Assembly (NCBI GenBank): GCA_054600435.1
Contig: BAAIJX010000022.1
Location: 186,001 to 250,000 of the forward strand
DNA from: Neophaeotheca triangularis
Taxonomy: Eukaryota
Length of the DNA stretch: 64,000 nt
Direction of reading: 5' to 3'
How positions within the stretch are numbered: the stretch's first letter is position 1; the number at the start of each line of letters is the position of its first letter. A program made the position numbers and the translations under genes. This document shows, piece by piece, positions 11,995 through 23,782 of this stretch. The notes under the pieces are model-generated. The model saw nothing but the letters and a program-made list of their open reading frames with translations. It searched no databases and was not told where the DNA came from.

Positions 11995-13519
11995 ATGGAC
12001 CTTCACTCACTTGTTTGATCCATTGATACCGCCCTCCAGACTTTGCCTACCGAATACTAACACTACCCCATAGCCGCTGCGGTCAAAGACGCAGGAACCT
12101 GAGGAACAGCAGAGAGCTCCTCCAATCTGCCCTTCCACAACTGCTGTAGTCCAGTCAATTGAGATCGACTCGGACTCGGACTCAGACTCAGACTCAAACA
12201 ATACCTTCCGCACGCCCTCAAGTACCGATTCGGACCGAACCATCAGAGGCTTGCCAACTCCCTCCGAAGACAGCATGTCGCGTGAGTCTCCCATCAACCC
12301 TGATTTTGAGCATCTTACCATCCGCTCCCGCCCTGAACCAACCAAACTAACATCACAAACTGCAGCCGGCCGCACCAACTCCGAAGAACCAGAGGAAGAT
12401 GACGACCCTATAGTCGCCGAATACGACATCTACCTCACTCCCGAACTCGCAGAAGAAATCTACCTCCTCCAATACCCCAACCGCAGCGCCAACCAACCCT
12501 ACAATTCCCGCAGCGGTGTCACGCCTGGCGACATGCGCATCAAACCCAAGTCCGGCTACATTGAGATGGAACTAAACCAGAACATCAACAAAAACTTCGA
12601 CCTCGCCAAAGCAATCAAATGGCAAGACTCACTCGCCGTCGTTGAAGCCTCCACAGGCAAAGCCTCCTTCGGCGCCGCCTCCGGCTTCCCAGACGCCCGC
12701 ACCAAAGTCCCGCGCAACAAGCCCATCGCACCCAAAGACGAAGCGGACCTCGAAGCGCGCGCACGCAACCTCATCTCCAACCAGCCCCGCAGCAGCTACG
12801 AAGACCAACTCATGCGCAAGCAAGTCCTCGGCGGCCACGTCCACAAACACGCCAACCAGACCAACGAGCCCAATTACTTTCTCGGCGCCTTCCGCGGCAA
12901 CGAACTCCACCTGACCTCCGTCACAGGAACCGCGCAAATGCGCCCCCAACACCACCACCTCGACGCCGAAGACCTCCGCAAAAAAGCAGCCGCACGCCAA
13001 GCCGCTGCCGACCCGGACGCAGCCCCAGTGGAGCGCTCAATCCTCCCCTCCTTCAAAACCGAGGGTGAAGCCTCCTCCACTCTCAACAAAGGCGGCGCTC
13101 TCAAACCCGACGAAGAGCTGCGCGCGGGCTTGAAAGCCGCAGAAGAAGAAGCCTGGGTGCCTGTCGAGTACATCGACGAAGCGCAGGAGGAGGCTTTCGA
13201 GGCTTTCTACGACAAGATGTTTGTGAAGGACGTGGCGGGCGCGACGGAGTGGAAGAGTAGCATGGATGCTTGGGATTATTTGGATGGGATCTCGAAGCCG
13301 AGGAAGGGGACGAGGCGGAGGAGGTCGAGGGCTAAGGCCAAGAGTGGGGAGGAGTTGGAGGAGAGTGAGGATGGGGAGGGCGAGGCCGGGGAGGAGGGTG
13401 GCGGTGGTGAAGCTGCTGCTACCGCTGCCGCTGGTGCTGTCGCTTCTGGCGCTGGTGCTGAGGCTGCTGCTGGCGAAGCGGCGGGTGAGGGCGAGGATGT
13501 CGCTATGGGCGGTACCTAG
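11995..13519 (+). CDS. RPC5: RNA polymerase III subunit Rpc5/Rpc37 (Sin-like); probable micro-exon 11995-12012 plus exon 12074-13519
   Basis: DDDPIVAEYDIYLTP, LYLLQYP-like motif and NYFLGAFRGNELHLTSVTGTAQMRPQHHHLDA. The 5' exon is inferred from a CTAAC..TAG acceptor at 12073 and a weak GTTTGA donor; the alternative start is ATG 12275. Confidence 0.85.
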
Positions 13520-14297
13520 GCCAATCTCACGACGAATGGGTCCTGCGAGCGCTCGGTGCTGAGTGTGCAGTTTTACGTTACGATCAACAAAGGCGTCTAG
13601 GTCAATGGGGCGATACCCAAGTCGGAGATTTCCGCGAGCAGGTTGAGCTAGTGTCAACGTTGTTGTGCAAGCACGACTGGCGTGCTCTAGTTATGGTGTG
13701 TATTCGGACAGTGTTCCACGACTCTTTTTGCCCTGTTCCACACGTCCCCATTCTCATTCCGTCTGAAGCTCCAGTCACACACACACACACGCTCGAGAAA
13801 TCAACATGAGCTTGACCGTCATCTCAACCCCAAAGCGCAGGGTCTACGAGCAACAACGTCTTTTCAACAGACCAAGAAACGTGAAGACAGAGTTTACATT
13901 ACGTGTGCACCGTGATCCAAAAGCGGCACGCTGTGACCGAGAAAACCTTTTATCCAACATAATATACTTGGTCAGAGGCGAAAGAACCTAGGGACCCGAG
14001 TTAGGAGTGAGTGGGAGGGGTCACAAGCGTTGAAAGGTAGAGTTTACTCAAAAACGCAGACACTACTACTTACCCCGCGAGTGAAACGGAAAGGGGAGTT
14101 TGGACGAGTGATAGGGCCTCATGAGTAGCAAAAAGCAAAGCCAACTTAAGGGGGGACTACTAGTAAGGGGTTGTAAGAGTGATAAGGCCCGACAACAATT
14201 AGAGTCACGCCCCGTAAGCCGACTCGACGCGGTTTGCTCAATACGTTTGCACATGTAAGAGTTTAGGAGGCCAAGTAATAAGGGCCGTGTGAACAGC

Positions 14298-14308
14298 AAA
14301 AAAAAAAA
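14298..14308 (-). terminator. Pol III oligo-T terminator of tRNA-Gln
   Basis: A-run on the + strand (T-run on -) about 20 nt downstream of the tRNA 3' end. Confidence 0.6.
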
Positions 14309-14326
14309 GTAAGTGGAAATATGTGA

Positions 14327-14420
14327 AGGTCTCACCCGGGATCGAACCGGGGTTTTCGGAAGATTTTTAAGTGAATTCCACTTTCAAAATCCGACGTCCT
14401 CACCACTAGACTATGAGACC
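14327..14420 (-). tRNA. tRNA-Gln(TTG) with ~22-nt intron
   Basis: Reverse complement GGTCTCA TAGTCTAGTGGTGAGGAC GTCGGA TTTTGA [intron] TTCCGA AAACCCCGGTTCGATCCCGGG TGAGACC T. The acceptor stem pairs, the A box and GGTTCGA B box are present, and the anticodon is TTG. Confidence 0.95.
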
Positions 14421-15308
14421 TTGGTGTGCCATCTGTGGATGGTGAAGAAAGCTCGTCTCTGGAAATATAATTGCTAATTTACAATCGAAAGCTGGGTCGG
14501 CCCAACGCGTGGGTCATGCTCCTGTTGAGCTTCCCAGAGTTGCTCTGTGTGGACTCAACACGTGGGGCTGATTGAGAGGCATAGGAATAGATGACGGCTC
14601 TACGAGTCTACGCTCTACAGCCTCTACTACAGAGGGAGGGACAGAAGTCTTGTGGGGGACAGAAGTCGTATATCCTGCCCTAGCGTTTAGTGTGACCTCG
14701 GGAAACAAATAGTAGTCTCTATAGCAAGAATTTCGACGTGACAAGGTATGGTACAGTTAATCGCACAAGAGACTATCTTTCGATTGATGTATTTGTGATG
14801 CTGTCAGCTCTAGATTCGAAGAAAGAGCGATCTCGAGATGTTGAAGGGGTTTTTCGACTTGAAGTCGTCTTGGGTTGCTTTGGGTACCGGGACTTCTGTC
14901 CAGGCCGTCGTGGAAGGCTCAGGGTTAGTACTAGGGTTAGTACTTGGGTTGTACGAGTGCATGGTAAGGAGGCTTTTGGCAGTCTATGTACGTACCTGCA
15001 TATATAGATAGGTACGTATTTATCTTATTGGAAGGATTGCAAGGAGAATAGCGTCTACTTATCATTCAACGCGGTAGTTTGATGATCTACTTGTCCGCAA
15101 GTGTCGAAACGAGGTGTTGAGACTGTTCGTCAGAAGTGGCAAAGCTGAAGTGTGCAATCAATCCCTGATCTATTTGAAAACATTCGGATCCATGCTGTTC
15201 TACACTGCCATGCTCGCAAGAAACCACCAGCGCCTCGCTAAACAATACAATATCATACAAGATGATCACAATTACAACCCCTACCCGTCTACCGCCCCAT
15301 CTACTCAA

Positions 15309-17009
15309 TCACACAAAAGCCTTCTCCCCACCCAACTCCCGATGCTCAGGCACAGGCGGAGGCGGCACATCTCCCTCCTGCACCTTTCCGTCTCTCTCCC
15401 TCATCTGCTTGGCAAACAACGGACTAGTCCCAATAACCCTGCCACCAGGCACCTTAACCCTCAGCCCATCGTCCCGGGGATCTGGACTCCCAAGATGAAA
15501 CTCATAAGTCTGACCATCGCGCTTGCCGCCTTCCTCCAATTGCGGCGGATGCACCCACCACTGCTCGCTCCTCTTGACGCCCTTGTCGTCTGTCCACTCG
15601 CGGTAATCGTGCTCGGTGCCCTCGAATTTGCGAGCGGTGAAATTTCGGGGTAGCGGGTTCTTGGGTAGGTGTTGGGAGACGGTTTCGGCAATGAGCCATT
15701 GGGCGTTGTTGGGGTCGGTGCGGCCGGGGATTTCGTCGGGGGAGATTTCGATGTAGGCGGGTTGGGAATTGGCGTCGGTGGTCGGGAGGAAGTGGCGTGC
15801 GGGGAGGACTTCGATGTCCACGATGGGGAGGACGCGGTGGATGTAGTGGTGATTGTGGATTTCGCGGGTTATGACTTCTTGTCGGATCGTGTGGACGTTT
15901 TCGACGATGGTTTCATGGGTTACGGCTGGGAAGGGGGAAGGGTGTTAGGAGGGGTTTGTGGAGGGAGGGAGGGATTTGGGGTTTGGTGTTGCTTACCTGG
16001 CGCCCAAGTCTCGTGCAGGGTCGTGTCTTCAGTTTTCTTCAAGTCCACGATACCGTTCAGATCTACCGGCTCGGTTGAGTCCCTCACAAGATACCCCTTC
16101 GATGGACCCAGCTGACTGTGCACGCCCTCGTCGACGGTCTCTTCTCGAACTTTCTTGACCATAAGCGGCATGTCTGGCTTTGAGGTAGGAGCCACGTCTT
16201 TGCTGTAGACCGAGCTGGTCTGCCTCGTGTGATTTGTGGCTGGGGCATTCGAGTCTTTTGAAGTCGGGAAGTTGTACGCCTCGTTCGAAGATACTAAAGG
16301 AATTTCAGGCAGTACAGGTTTCTCATAAGGACTTCTTGCATTGCCTTGGTTTCCCACAGAAGATCCTGGAGGAGCCGGGGCATCTCTCGGGTGAGTAAAT
16401 ACATCGTCGGGATGCATTTTACGGACGCCCACCGGGCTTGTCGCACCGCCACCAGGTAGAGGGTACTGCGCTTGGTTTCCATTGGCGTTTGAAAGGTGTC
16501 TCGGGTACTGGTGAGTGTCGTAGAAGTTGTTGCCAGCAGTGTTGTCGAGACTGGGAGGGCTTTGAGAACGCTGGCGGAGGTGTTGGGGGACATTGTTGCT
16601 GTCGTCGCCGTCGGCCACGCTCAAGCCCCCCATTTTTGAGGAGAGGCCATCTCGGGAAGGGGAATTTGGCTGACTAGATCGACTGGCTGCTGTTGTTGCT
16701 GCTGTTTGCGCTCCGGGAGAAGCGTCTGCCGTATTTGGCCGTGATACTTGGGATGAGCGGCGTCCTAATCAGCAATAACAGTCAGCCTTAGACGTCGGTA
16801 ACTGCCCTGGGGTCCACCTTCATACCAAATCCTCGCGCCAAATCACGCAGCGAAGCTCTCGAGCTTGAACTTCTGAGCTTTTGACCAGATGGTGGTGATG
16901 TCGGGGAAGCCGGTGGCGGAGAGCTGGTGCTCTGATGGGAGCCTGATGATGCACCATCACGCCTATGGAACAGCCTCTTCAGTCGGCTTTGGCCGTTTTT
17001 GTCAGGCAT
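15309..17009 (-). CDS. Disordered protein with a C-terminal 'allergen-like' HE-APAVTHE/REIH-HY domain; exons 17009-16826, 16764-15997, 15925-15309
   Basis: Introns gtatga..tag and gtaagc..cag restore one frame, giving ..TTLHETWAPAVTHETIVENVHTIRQEVITREIHNHHYIHRVLPIVDIEVLPARHF.. Confidence 0.8.
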
Positions 17010-18826
17010 TGCTTTTTCTTTCGCTATCAGGCTCTACAGCAAACGGGATCGTGTGATTGATGAATTGATGGACGTCTTGACGAGGGGCCTGCAGCAGCTT
17101 TACCGTCCAGCCGAGCAAAAGTAATGAAAGTTGGCTCTCGAGAGCTCCAAGTACAGCTTGTACAGCACGTACAGCACGTACAGCTACAGGAGCAACAAGG
17201 CCTGCGTCATCTCGCGCGACTTGACTTGACTTTCTGGTTGACGACGACGTGTCTCTTGTTGGTCGATGAGAGGATCGAGGTCGATTGGCTAGGATGGGCT
17301 CCCACAGCACGTGGAGGGCAGCGGAAGGGGAAAGTTTCTTTTGCACTAGGTGACGGTCTGGAGTTCGAGACCACGGCACGTTCAAACTCAAATGCAGGGC
17401 AACTGCTCAGGTCCACTCCACATGAGTAGGTGAGTAGATGATCTGTGGCGCAGAAATGACGTTCCTACCTAGGTACTTTAGGTAGGAGGTAAGTACCTTA
17501 GGTAGGTAGTAGGTAAGGTGATCATCTTATCATACACCAGACTTCTTGCGTCTACTATTGCTCTACCTGTGCTGCCGTGCAAATACATACCCCTCGATTG
17601 TGTTTGTGTTTGTGTGCAGGAGAAAGCGGGTATATCGTGACACGCACTGGCTGTTTGATACCTACATACATGGAAGCAGGTACCCAGTTCTAACGTCCAA
17701 AGTGCTGCTACCTTATCTCATACAATAATTTGGGATATCGAAAGTGGCACCGGGTGCAGTGCCAGGAGGTCGTCGTGACTCGTGGTCAAACCAAGACTTC
17801 GGTCGTCTACGAATACATGTGCAGCCCGAGCAGATCCCCCTCCCCCCCTGCAAAGCGTCCTGTCACCTGTGCATCGGTCCCGTCTTATTATTACGAGAGC
17901 CAATCCCAGGCGAAGATCGTCTACTTCTAGATGCCGCCAATGCGCCGCCTGTCGACATCACCAAAACGACACCTCGTTCCGTCCGTCACATCATCCTTCA
18001 GCATTCGCCCTCTTCCCGTCCCATCATCACGCCTGCAGCCCAGCAAAGTCCACCGCCCAACAGCCTCTACCTATGGGTAGGATTGTGTGTATTTCTTACT
18101 ATTGTGACATCCATCCTCGAGTAGTATTCTAGCACTATTCTTCTTACTATTTTCATCCCAGCACGGCGACCCAAGTCCCCTAGTACAAAACCCTCAGGTC
18201 CATATCGTGTAACTTCAGGTCCTTCACTACTACTGCTCCCCTCGGACCCCCCGCCTCTATGAGAGTTTCACAGCTCATCATCCCGCTCGCTCCCTTGCCA
18301 ACCACGTCCTCTGTACTCCCGCGGCTGCCACGACAGCTCCAATGGATGATGCCGTACCCTCTACGCCGCGTGCAAGCTCTCAGCCACCGGCCTGGACACT
18401 CATGTCCTTTCCTGCCCAAGATGTTCCATCAGCTGTGGCGGCGTGTGGGCCAGACCCGAACGATTCGTCTACAGTCTCTGAAAAATCCCCGACGGAAAGG
18501 TACGATGATCTCACATGAACCAGGCTGGTGTCCTATGTCATTATTGTGCCAACCCACTTTGGACTCGATCGCTGTTGCTCTGCTGCGGCGGGGTCTGTTT
18601 ACGTGGTGCTTGCTGGGAAGACAGGCGCGAGTACCTAGGTAGTGAGCCCGAGAAGGCAGGCAGGTTATGACGTTGCTCCTACAACAGATAGGTACATAAC
18701 CAAGGACCCCTCGCTCAAGCTCTCTTTCTGCCTACAACATCCCAAACTCTCACAACCAAAACCGAAGTTTCAACAAACTCCGCACCACTCGATCAAACAA
18801 CCAAAGCCAACCAACTCACAACCGCA

Positions 18827-19782
18827 ATGGACAACGCCAAGGCAGCAGTCAAGGACTTCATGTCCAAGTCCGGTCACAACGACACCACCGTCCACGAGAA
18901 GGTCGCCCCCGCCGTCACCCACGAGAGCATTCAGAGGAGAGAGCACGAGCAAGTTCAGACTGCCATCGACAAGGAAGTTCACCAGGACCACTACCACACC
19001 TCCGGTATGACTTCTCATCTTCTCCACTTCACTCAGCGCAGCCGCTAATTCATCCTCCAGTCCAGCCTGTCTCCGACAACCAGACTCTGCCAGAGCAGCA
19101 CCACCACAACGTCATCCCCGTTGAGCACCGTTCGTACGAGCACGACAGCAACGATGACAACAAGGCCCGCCTGGCTGCCGAGCAGGCCAAGTTCCGCGAC
19201 GAGCAGATGAGGGTTGAGGGCGAGAAGACCGCTTCTATGGACCCTGTCGTCGCTGGCGAGCACATCCACCACCACGTCCACGAGACCATTCAGCCTGTCG
19301 TCAACAAGCAGACCGTCGAACCTCACGTTGTTCACACCACCGTGCCGGTTCACGAGGTCCACCACAACGCTGCTCAGCACCACTCCACCTCTGTACGTCC
19401 TGCTCTCGCAAGTCGAACGCTCGTTCTTCACTAATAACTATTGCCAGGCTCTTCCAGCTGTCAGCATGGGTGATTTCAAGAAGCAGGGCGGTGTCCTTAG
19501 CGGTCGCGAAGAGCGCTACGATGGATTCGAGGGTGAGCCCAAGAGCGTCGGCGGTGCCCTTGGCGGCAGCCAGCGTGCCGACTCCAGCTCCCAAATGGGC
19601 GCTGGAGGAATCAATGCCGGGGCTACTGACGCCTACGGTACGAACACCAGCGGCACCGTTGGCGACAAGATGAACCGTGAGTCACCCCAATATGCAGCAA
19701 TTACTTATTATACTTTATGCTAACAAATTTAACAGCAAGGATTGATGGCGACGGTGACGGCAAGGCTGGCATGATGGACTAG
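18827..19782 (+). CDS. His-rich hydrophilic 'allergen'-type stress protein; exons 18827-19004, 19061-19392, 19448-19676, 19736-19782
   Basis: MDNAKAAVKDFMSKSGHNDTTVHEKVAPAVTHE..EVHQDHYHTSVQP..GEHIHHHVHETIQPV..HTTVPVHEVHH..NPRIDGDGDGKAGMMD; three canonical introns keep the frame. Confidence 0.9.
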
Positions 19783-20394
19783 ACGCTGCCTCGTTACCTC
19801 TACAGGACCGATCGATGCTTATGATTTACGTTCGATACCTCGAGCTCGTCTTCTATTACGATTGACGCTGCTATGGGACAAGAGTATTCGGAGTTTGTAT
19901 TGTTAGCCTGCAAATAATTCCCTAATTCACTACGAGTTTTGCTCGAAAACCTTGCCACACTTTTATCTCATTGATTCGCAATATCACGCTCTTGCGTTCG
20001 ATCCTTAAGTTCCTAGAATTTGAACTCGAGCTGTTGTTTGAAGTCGCCGACTTCGGAGCAGCATTTCCCCGCGTTCTAATGACATCCTTTAGGTAGGTAT
20101 GCCAATCGACATGCCGACCTCTCCTCTTGAGGTCCTCTCAAGAAACATTCGGGGTCCATTATTGACTCATCAACGCTCTGCCTTGGTGTGGCTGAGCACA
20201 TACTGGTGGTAGGAACTTGGAGCTCATCATCGTTTCCAACCTCTTCGACCTCCCAAGTCAAGTCTTCACCACCTGCCCCCAACTTCAAACCTCCAATAAA
20301 GCAACCACACCACACGCCCTACCTAGGAAAACCCCACCACAAAGCACCCAGCTAGGAGTTCAACCCCAGAAAAAGAAGATAAAAAAAAAAGACC

Positions 20395-21317
20395 ATGGTC
20401 CAATTCTTCCCCTCGATCCCCTCGCACCTCCAAACCTGGGCCCTCAACCAGCCCCTCTTCTTCCTAGCTTCGGCGCCCTCGACCGGCGCCCACATCAACG
20501 TCTCCCCCAAAGGCCTGCCCTCCAAAACCCTGCACGTCTTCACCCCGAACCGCGCCGCTTACGTCGATTACACCGGCAGCGGCATCGAGACGGTCAGCCA
20601 TGTTTATGAAAATGGCAGGGTTACGGTCATGTTTTGCTCCTTTGACAAGGCGCCGCGGATTATGAGGTGGTTTTGTAGAGGGAGGGTGGTGGAGTGGGAT
20701 GAGGACGAGTTTGCGAGGCTTTGTGCCGACATGGGGAAGAGTGGGGAGGGGTTGGTTGGGGCTAGGGCTGTCGTTGTTTTGGAGGTTTTTGAGGGTGGGT
20801 TTTGCTTTTATCTTTTTTTATTATTCTTCTTCTTCTTGTGGCTGCTTTGGGATTGGGGTGATTTAATTTTCGAATGAGATTGGGAGAGGTGGTTTGAGCT
20901 AATCATGTTCTCGCGCTTTTAGTTCAAACTTCGTGCGGTTATGCGGTCCCCCTGATCGCCGACAAGGTCGATCAGGATATGATTGAGGAGGGCTCGAGGG
21001 CGTATCTCAAGGATCGGGACACGCTGGGCCACTTTGCGAAAAAGACTATCGGTAAAGGAGAAATGGATGTTTATCGCCAGACGAAGAATGTGAGGAGTCT
21101 GGATGGGTGTCCCGGGTTGAGAGTTGCGAGGAGGCAGAAAGGTGAGTACATGCTGCTAGAGGATGGTCTTGCGTGGTTGAAGCGAGTTGCCAGCCAGTGG
21201 GACGCTATCTTGGTGGGAGCCGTGCTTGCTGTCGTGATGATGCTTTTGAGTCGGGTCGTGCCCCTGCCTGATGGAATAGGAATGACAACGTCCAAGGTAA
21301 AGGAGCTCATTGAGTAA
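20395..21317 (+). CDS. Pyridoxamine 5'-phosphate oxidase-like FMN-binding protein with C-terminal TM; exons 20395-20794, 20923-21317
   Basis: FFLASAPSTGAHINVSPKG, YVDYTGSGIETVSHVYENGRVTVMFCSF..PRIMR, VQTSCGYAVP, SLDGCPGL. Confidence 0.9.
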
Positions 21318-21579
21318 GGAATTCGACCAATGGATAGGTTTCGATCTCAGCACAACTCCTTCGTTATCTGCCGTCCAGTTGTACTGCATTGCGCCAATTT
21401 CTTGGTGGCCGTGGATGGGAACTTCACCGGTCGCTTCGATGCTTGGCCCGCAGATTCAGCTGACTGTGTTAATTAAAAACATGCATTCGCGACCAGTTTC
21501 AGGTGAGACGCAGCTTATAAAATGATGGCAAGTCCACACACATTTCAGCAAGGCTAAACTGGTAGGGACCCATGTTACA

Positions 21580-23417
21580 ATGACTACCTCAGCGAACACG
21601 CCCGAGTCGACCTTGCTCTCTTACAAACAAGCCATCACCAATCACTCCTTTCTCCTGCTTTCTTCCCTCGTTGCGCTTTACCTCTTCTTCAACAAGTTCC
21701 AACCCGGTCTCGCCGCTATCCCTGGGCCAACATTCGCTGCTTACACCAAACTATGGCGCCTATACAGCGTCTGGAAAGGCTCAGCTCATCTCGACGCCGT
21801 CGCTCTGCACAAGAAGCACGGAAACCTCGTTCGTGTCGCACCAAACCATGTGTCCGTGGCCGATCCAGCGTGGATCCAGGTCTTCTACAGCAGCAAGGAA
21901 GACTACAAAAAGGTAGTGCGCTCCAAGCGCCGCGAATCACAACGTGCTTACACAGTTCCAGACTGCTTTCTATCCCATTCAATCCATCTCGTGGAGGAAG
22001 AGGCCCGAGCCGAATATCTTCTCGACCAGAGACTCGGAATTCCATCGAGCGGAGAAACGCAGGATTGGCAATGCGTACGCTCTGCCGCGTCTCTTGGAGT
22101 CTGAGGATGCGGTCGATTCATGCATTGAGCTCTTCATGTCTAGACTTCACGATGTCACGTCAGGAAACAAGCCAATAGACCTCGGTACATGGCTACAATA
22201 CTTTGCCTTTGATGTTGTTGGGGTAAGGGCGGCGTCCACTCTGCGCTTTGCTTCCTGCTGATATTTGCCACAGGAAGTCATCTTCGCATCGAGACTTGGT
22301 TTCCTCGAGAAAGGGCAAGATGTCGACGGCATCATGAAAGCTATTGAGGGAATGCTCGCGTATGCCGCATTGTGTGGTCAGGTCCCCGAGTGGCACCCCT
22401 TCCTGCTCGGCAACCCCCTTTTTTCCGCCCTGATGCCGGCAATGGAGACGTTTAATCAGGTTTTAGTGTTTACGCTGAAAGTAATCAACAGTCGAGCTTC
22501 CATCAAACGGGACGGAGAGCTCATTAACGCAGACAGTGGAGGTAATGACATGCTCTCGCGTTGGGCTTACGTTAACAGCTCCGACCCGGACAAAATGTCA
22601 ACCAAGGATGTAAATCTTGCCGCCTGACTGGTACCCCCGACGCAAGAGCGTGAGCTGACATCTCGTCGCAGATCATAGTCAATCTGTCGGCAGCCGTCTT
22701 CGCGGGAAGCGACACGACAAGCATCGCGCTAAGATCCATGATCTACTTCCTCTGCAAAAACCCCCATTGCATGGAGAAATTGGTCACCGAAATCGACGGC
22801 GCCGACGCAGCTGGAAACCTAAGCACACCAATCACCTACCGCCAAGCTGCAGCTCTTCCGTACCTGAACGGCGTCATGAAAGAAGCCATCCGCGTGCATG
22901 GTTCCGTGGGGCTACTCCTCGAGAGACACGTGCCCCCCGAAGGTGTCGAGATTGAGGGACACCGCTTACGAGGCGGCACCGTCGTCGGTATTAACCCTTG
23001 GGTTCTCAACTACAACGACGACGTCTTCCCCGAGCCTACGGCTTTCAAACCGGAAAGGTGGCTCGAAGCGACGGAGCAGCACCTCAAGCTCATGGACTCG
23101 CTCTGGGAATTGAACTTTGGAGCCGGCGCTCGCAAGTGCTTGGGCCGCCATATCTCATGTCTGTCTCGAGCTGCTCTCACCCTTAGACGGGGTTTCACAT
23201 GGCTGATTTCTGCACAGGGGTTGAGATGTCCAAGGTTGTTCCGGAGTTGCTTCGTAGGTTTAAGATTGAGCTCACTCATCCGGAGAAGGAGTGGCGTGTT
23301 GTGAATCATTGGTAGGGGAGATTATCGTCCCGTCTGTGCTGGTTTAGGTCGACTGACAGTTGCTGTAGGTTTACGCAACAGGAGGGCGTGGTTTGCAATC
23401 TTACGCCGCGAAAATGA
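21580..23417 (+). CDS. Cytochrome P450 (pisatin demethylase-like); 6 exons (21580-21912, 21962-22222, 22274-22609, 22672-23158, 23218-23311, 23369-23417)
   Basis: N-terminal TM followed by IPGP, I-helix AGSDTT, EAIR (ExxR), PERW and heme motif FGAGARKCLG; five GT-AG introns keep the frame. Confidence 0.93.
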
Positions 23418-23782
23418 GTGTTGAGAATGGGTGATTGTCGAGGAAATTTTCTGATAGCAAGCAACTGCTTGTATAGGTAGCAGTGACGACTTCACCTCAA
23501 CGAGCTTAGCAACATCATCAATCATTTTCTTCCGAACACAGCAGTGGCATCATCTTGTCCGCGCTCCGCAGTCGCTCATTTCTTGTTGATGAGTGACTCT
23601 ACTACAGCCAAGCTTCTCCGCACGCTCTGGAGCTTTATTCCCGTCATGCCCGAGGTCACCTCATCTGTACCTCCCAGAGGTGGAGAGCTCGACGATACCA
23701 ACCATCACTCTTCTTCCGGACAGTATCGATTCGTTTCAATCCGCGACCCAGGGACGATAAAGAGTTCAACGTTGATAGCAAA

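Noticed and set aside
11995..14420. Pol III subunit gene next to a tRNA gene
   Set aside because: tRNA genes are dispersed in fungi; the adjacency is probably coincidental.
17151..17190. GTACAGCAC short tandem repeat as a CRISPR-like array
   Set aside because: 9-nt minisatellite without spacers in a eukaryotic 5' region.
17650..18642. Possible degraded gene between the allergen-like pair
   Set aside because: Short ORFs in different frames with no consistent splice model or recognisable motif.
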